A stretch of DNA of 64,000 bases from Candidatus Moraniibacteriota bacterium (GTDB lineage: Bacteria; Patescibacteriota; Minisyncoccia; Moranbacterales; UBA1568), in the NCBI GenBank assembly GCA_016699425.1, contig CP064975.1:130979-194978 (forward strand). The letters run 5' to 3'. Below, one piece after another: positions 63,533 to 64,000 of this stretch. Position 1 is the stretch's first letter. Every line of letters begins with the position of its first letter. The position numbers and the translations under genes are program-made. The notes under the pieces were generated by a model. The model saw only the letters and a program-made list of their open reading frames with translations. It was not told the DNA's origin and did not search any database.

Positions 63533-64000
63533 TTACTTCTTCTCTTCGACTTCCTGGAACGAGAGAACGAGGTCTTTTTTCAGGTCGACGGACTGGCTCA
63601 CGACACTGCCATCCTTGCGCTTGATGGTGATGGTCACGGGGGTAGTGCCGACACCGGACTGCTTCTGGAGCAAGAGTTGATAGCCTTCTTCCTTGATGGT
63701 GTCGGGCAGCTCATACTTGATCATGCCCGGCGTCTCGTGATTCATGACTGCATCGACGAAGACACCAAAAAACGTCTTATTGAAGGCCTCATCGGTCAAG
63801 GGGTAACTCACGAGCTGACGCTCGAGGAGCTTCGCCCCTTTCGGGACATATGCACGTAAGTACGAGTGATAGTCGCTCGTCCGCCAGTCCCCATAGGTCG
63901 CGCGATGTTTGTAGGTGTGGGTGAGCGTGGCGATTGGTTTCTCGCCCGTGAAGTCCACTGTGTAGTCGACGGAACGACTGACGAAGTAGTCACTCTTTAG
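63533..64000 (-). CDS. Hypothetical protein, 5'-partial (the frame stays open to the window edge)
   Basis: The ORF continues in frame beyond base 64000. No motif recognised. Confidence 0.4.
   Translation of the reverse strand, partial: LKSDYFVSRSVDYTVDFTGEKPIATLTHTYKHRATYGDWRTSDYHSYLRAYVPKGAKLLERQLVSYPLTDEAFNKTFFGVFVDAVMNHETPGMIKYELPDTIKEEGYQLLLQKQSGVGTTPVTITIKRKDGSVVSQSVDLKKDLVLSFQEVEEKK

Noticed and set aside
1-64000. CRISPR arrays
   Set aside because: No run of regularly spaced 24-48-nt direct repeats with unique spacers was found. The only regular repeats are the 336-bp protein-coding tandem repeat and the dispersed hairpin family.

Overview
This 64-kb window looks like part of a small bacterial genome of roughly 55% GC, with many small proteins; the gene content fits a Patescibacteria/CPR-like lineage, which is an inference only. 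It carries housekeeping genes (nusA, ppa, tig, clpP, valS, tsaD, recG, gpmI, rny, hupB, thrS, a P-type ATPase, yvcK and others) and 10 tRNA genes, four of them tRNA-Arg isoacceptors. Four things stand out. (1) A ~6.1-kb AT-rich integrative island sits in the 3' end of tRNA-Glu(TTC). It carries a large serine recombinase whose C-terminus is encoded by the tRNA, plus a four-gene cassette: a ClpP/S49-fold serine protease fused to a zinc ribbon, followed by three small or membrane proteins. (2) A ~7.8-kb locus of paralogous secreted cohesin-like module proteins, including a 679-aa scaffoldin-like protein with a 336-bp tandem DNA repeat and a C-terminal dockerin, plus an FN3-dockerin protein. This is a cohesin-dockerin surface-assembly system next to a GH1 beta-glucosidase and a processive GT2. 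(3) A genome-wide pattern of insertion scars. A GC-rich hairpin repeat family (consensus roughly CCTGYCTGCCGGTAGGCAGG) lies next to most tRNA genes together with degenerate partial tRNA copies. Displaced, re-coded duplicates of the 3' ends of recG and rny are also present, the recG one bracketing a 1.1-kb single-gene insertion. An 88-bp MITE-like palindrome follows rny. (4) A complete IS (zinc-ribbon plus DDE transposase, 22-bp terminal inverted repeats, ~10-bp target-site duplication) interrupts an ASCH-domain gene. Several consensus sigma70 promoters, rho-independent terminators, a candidate ~265-nt small RNA and a candidate ~290-nt structured 5' leader are also called. All coordinates and translations were derived by hand, so expect boundary errors of a few nucleotides.
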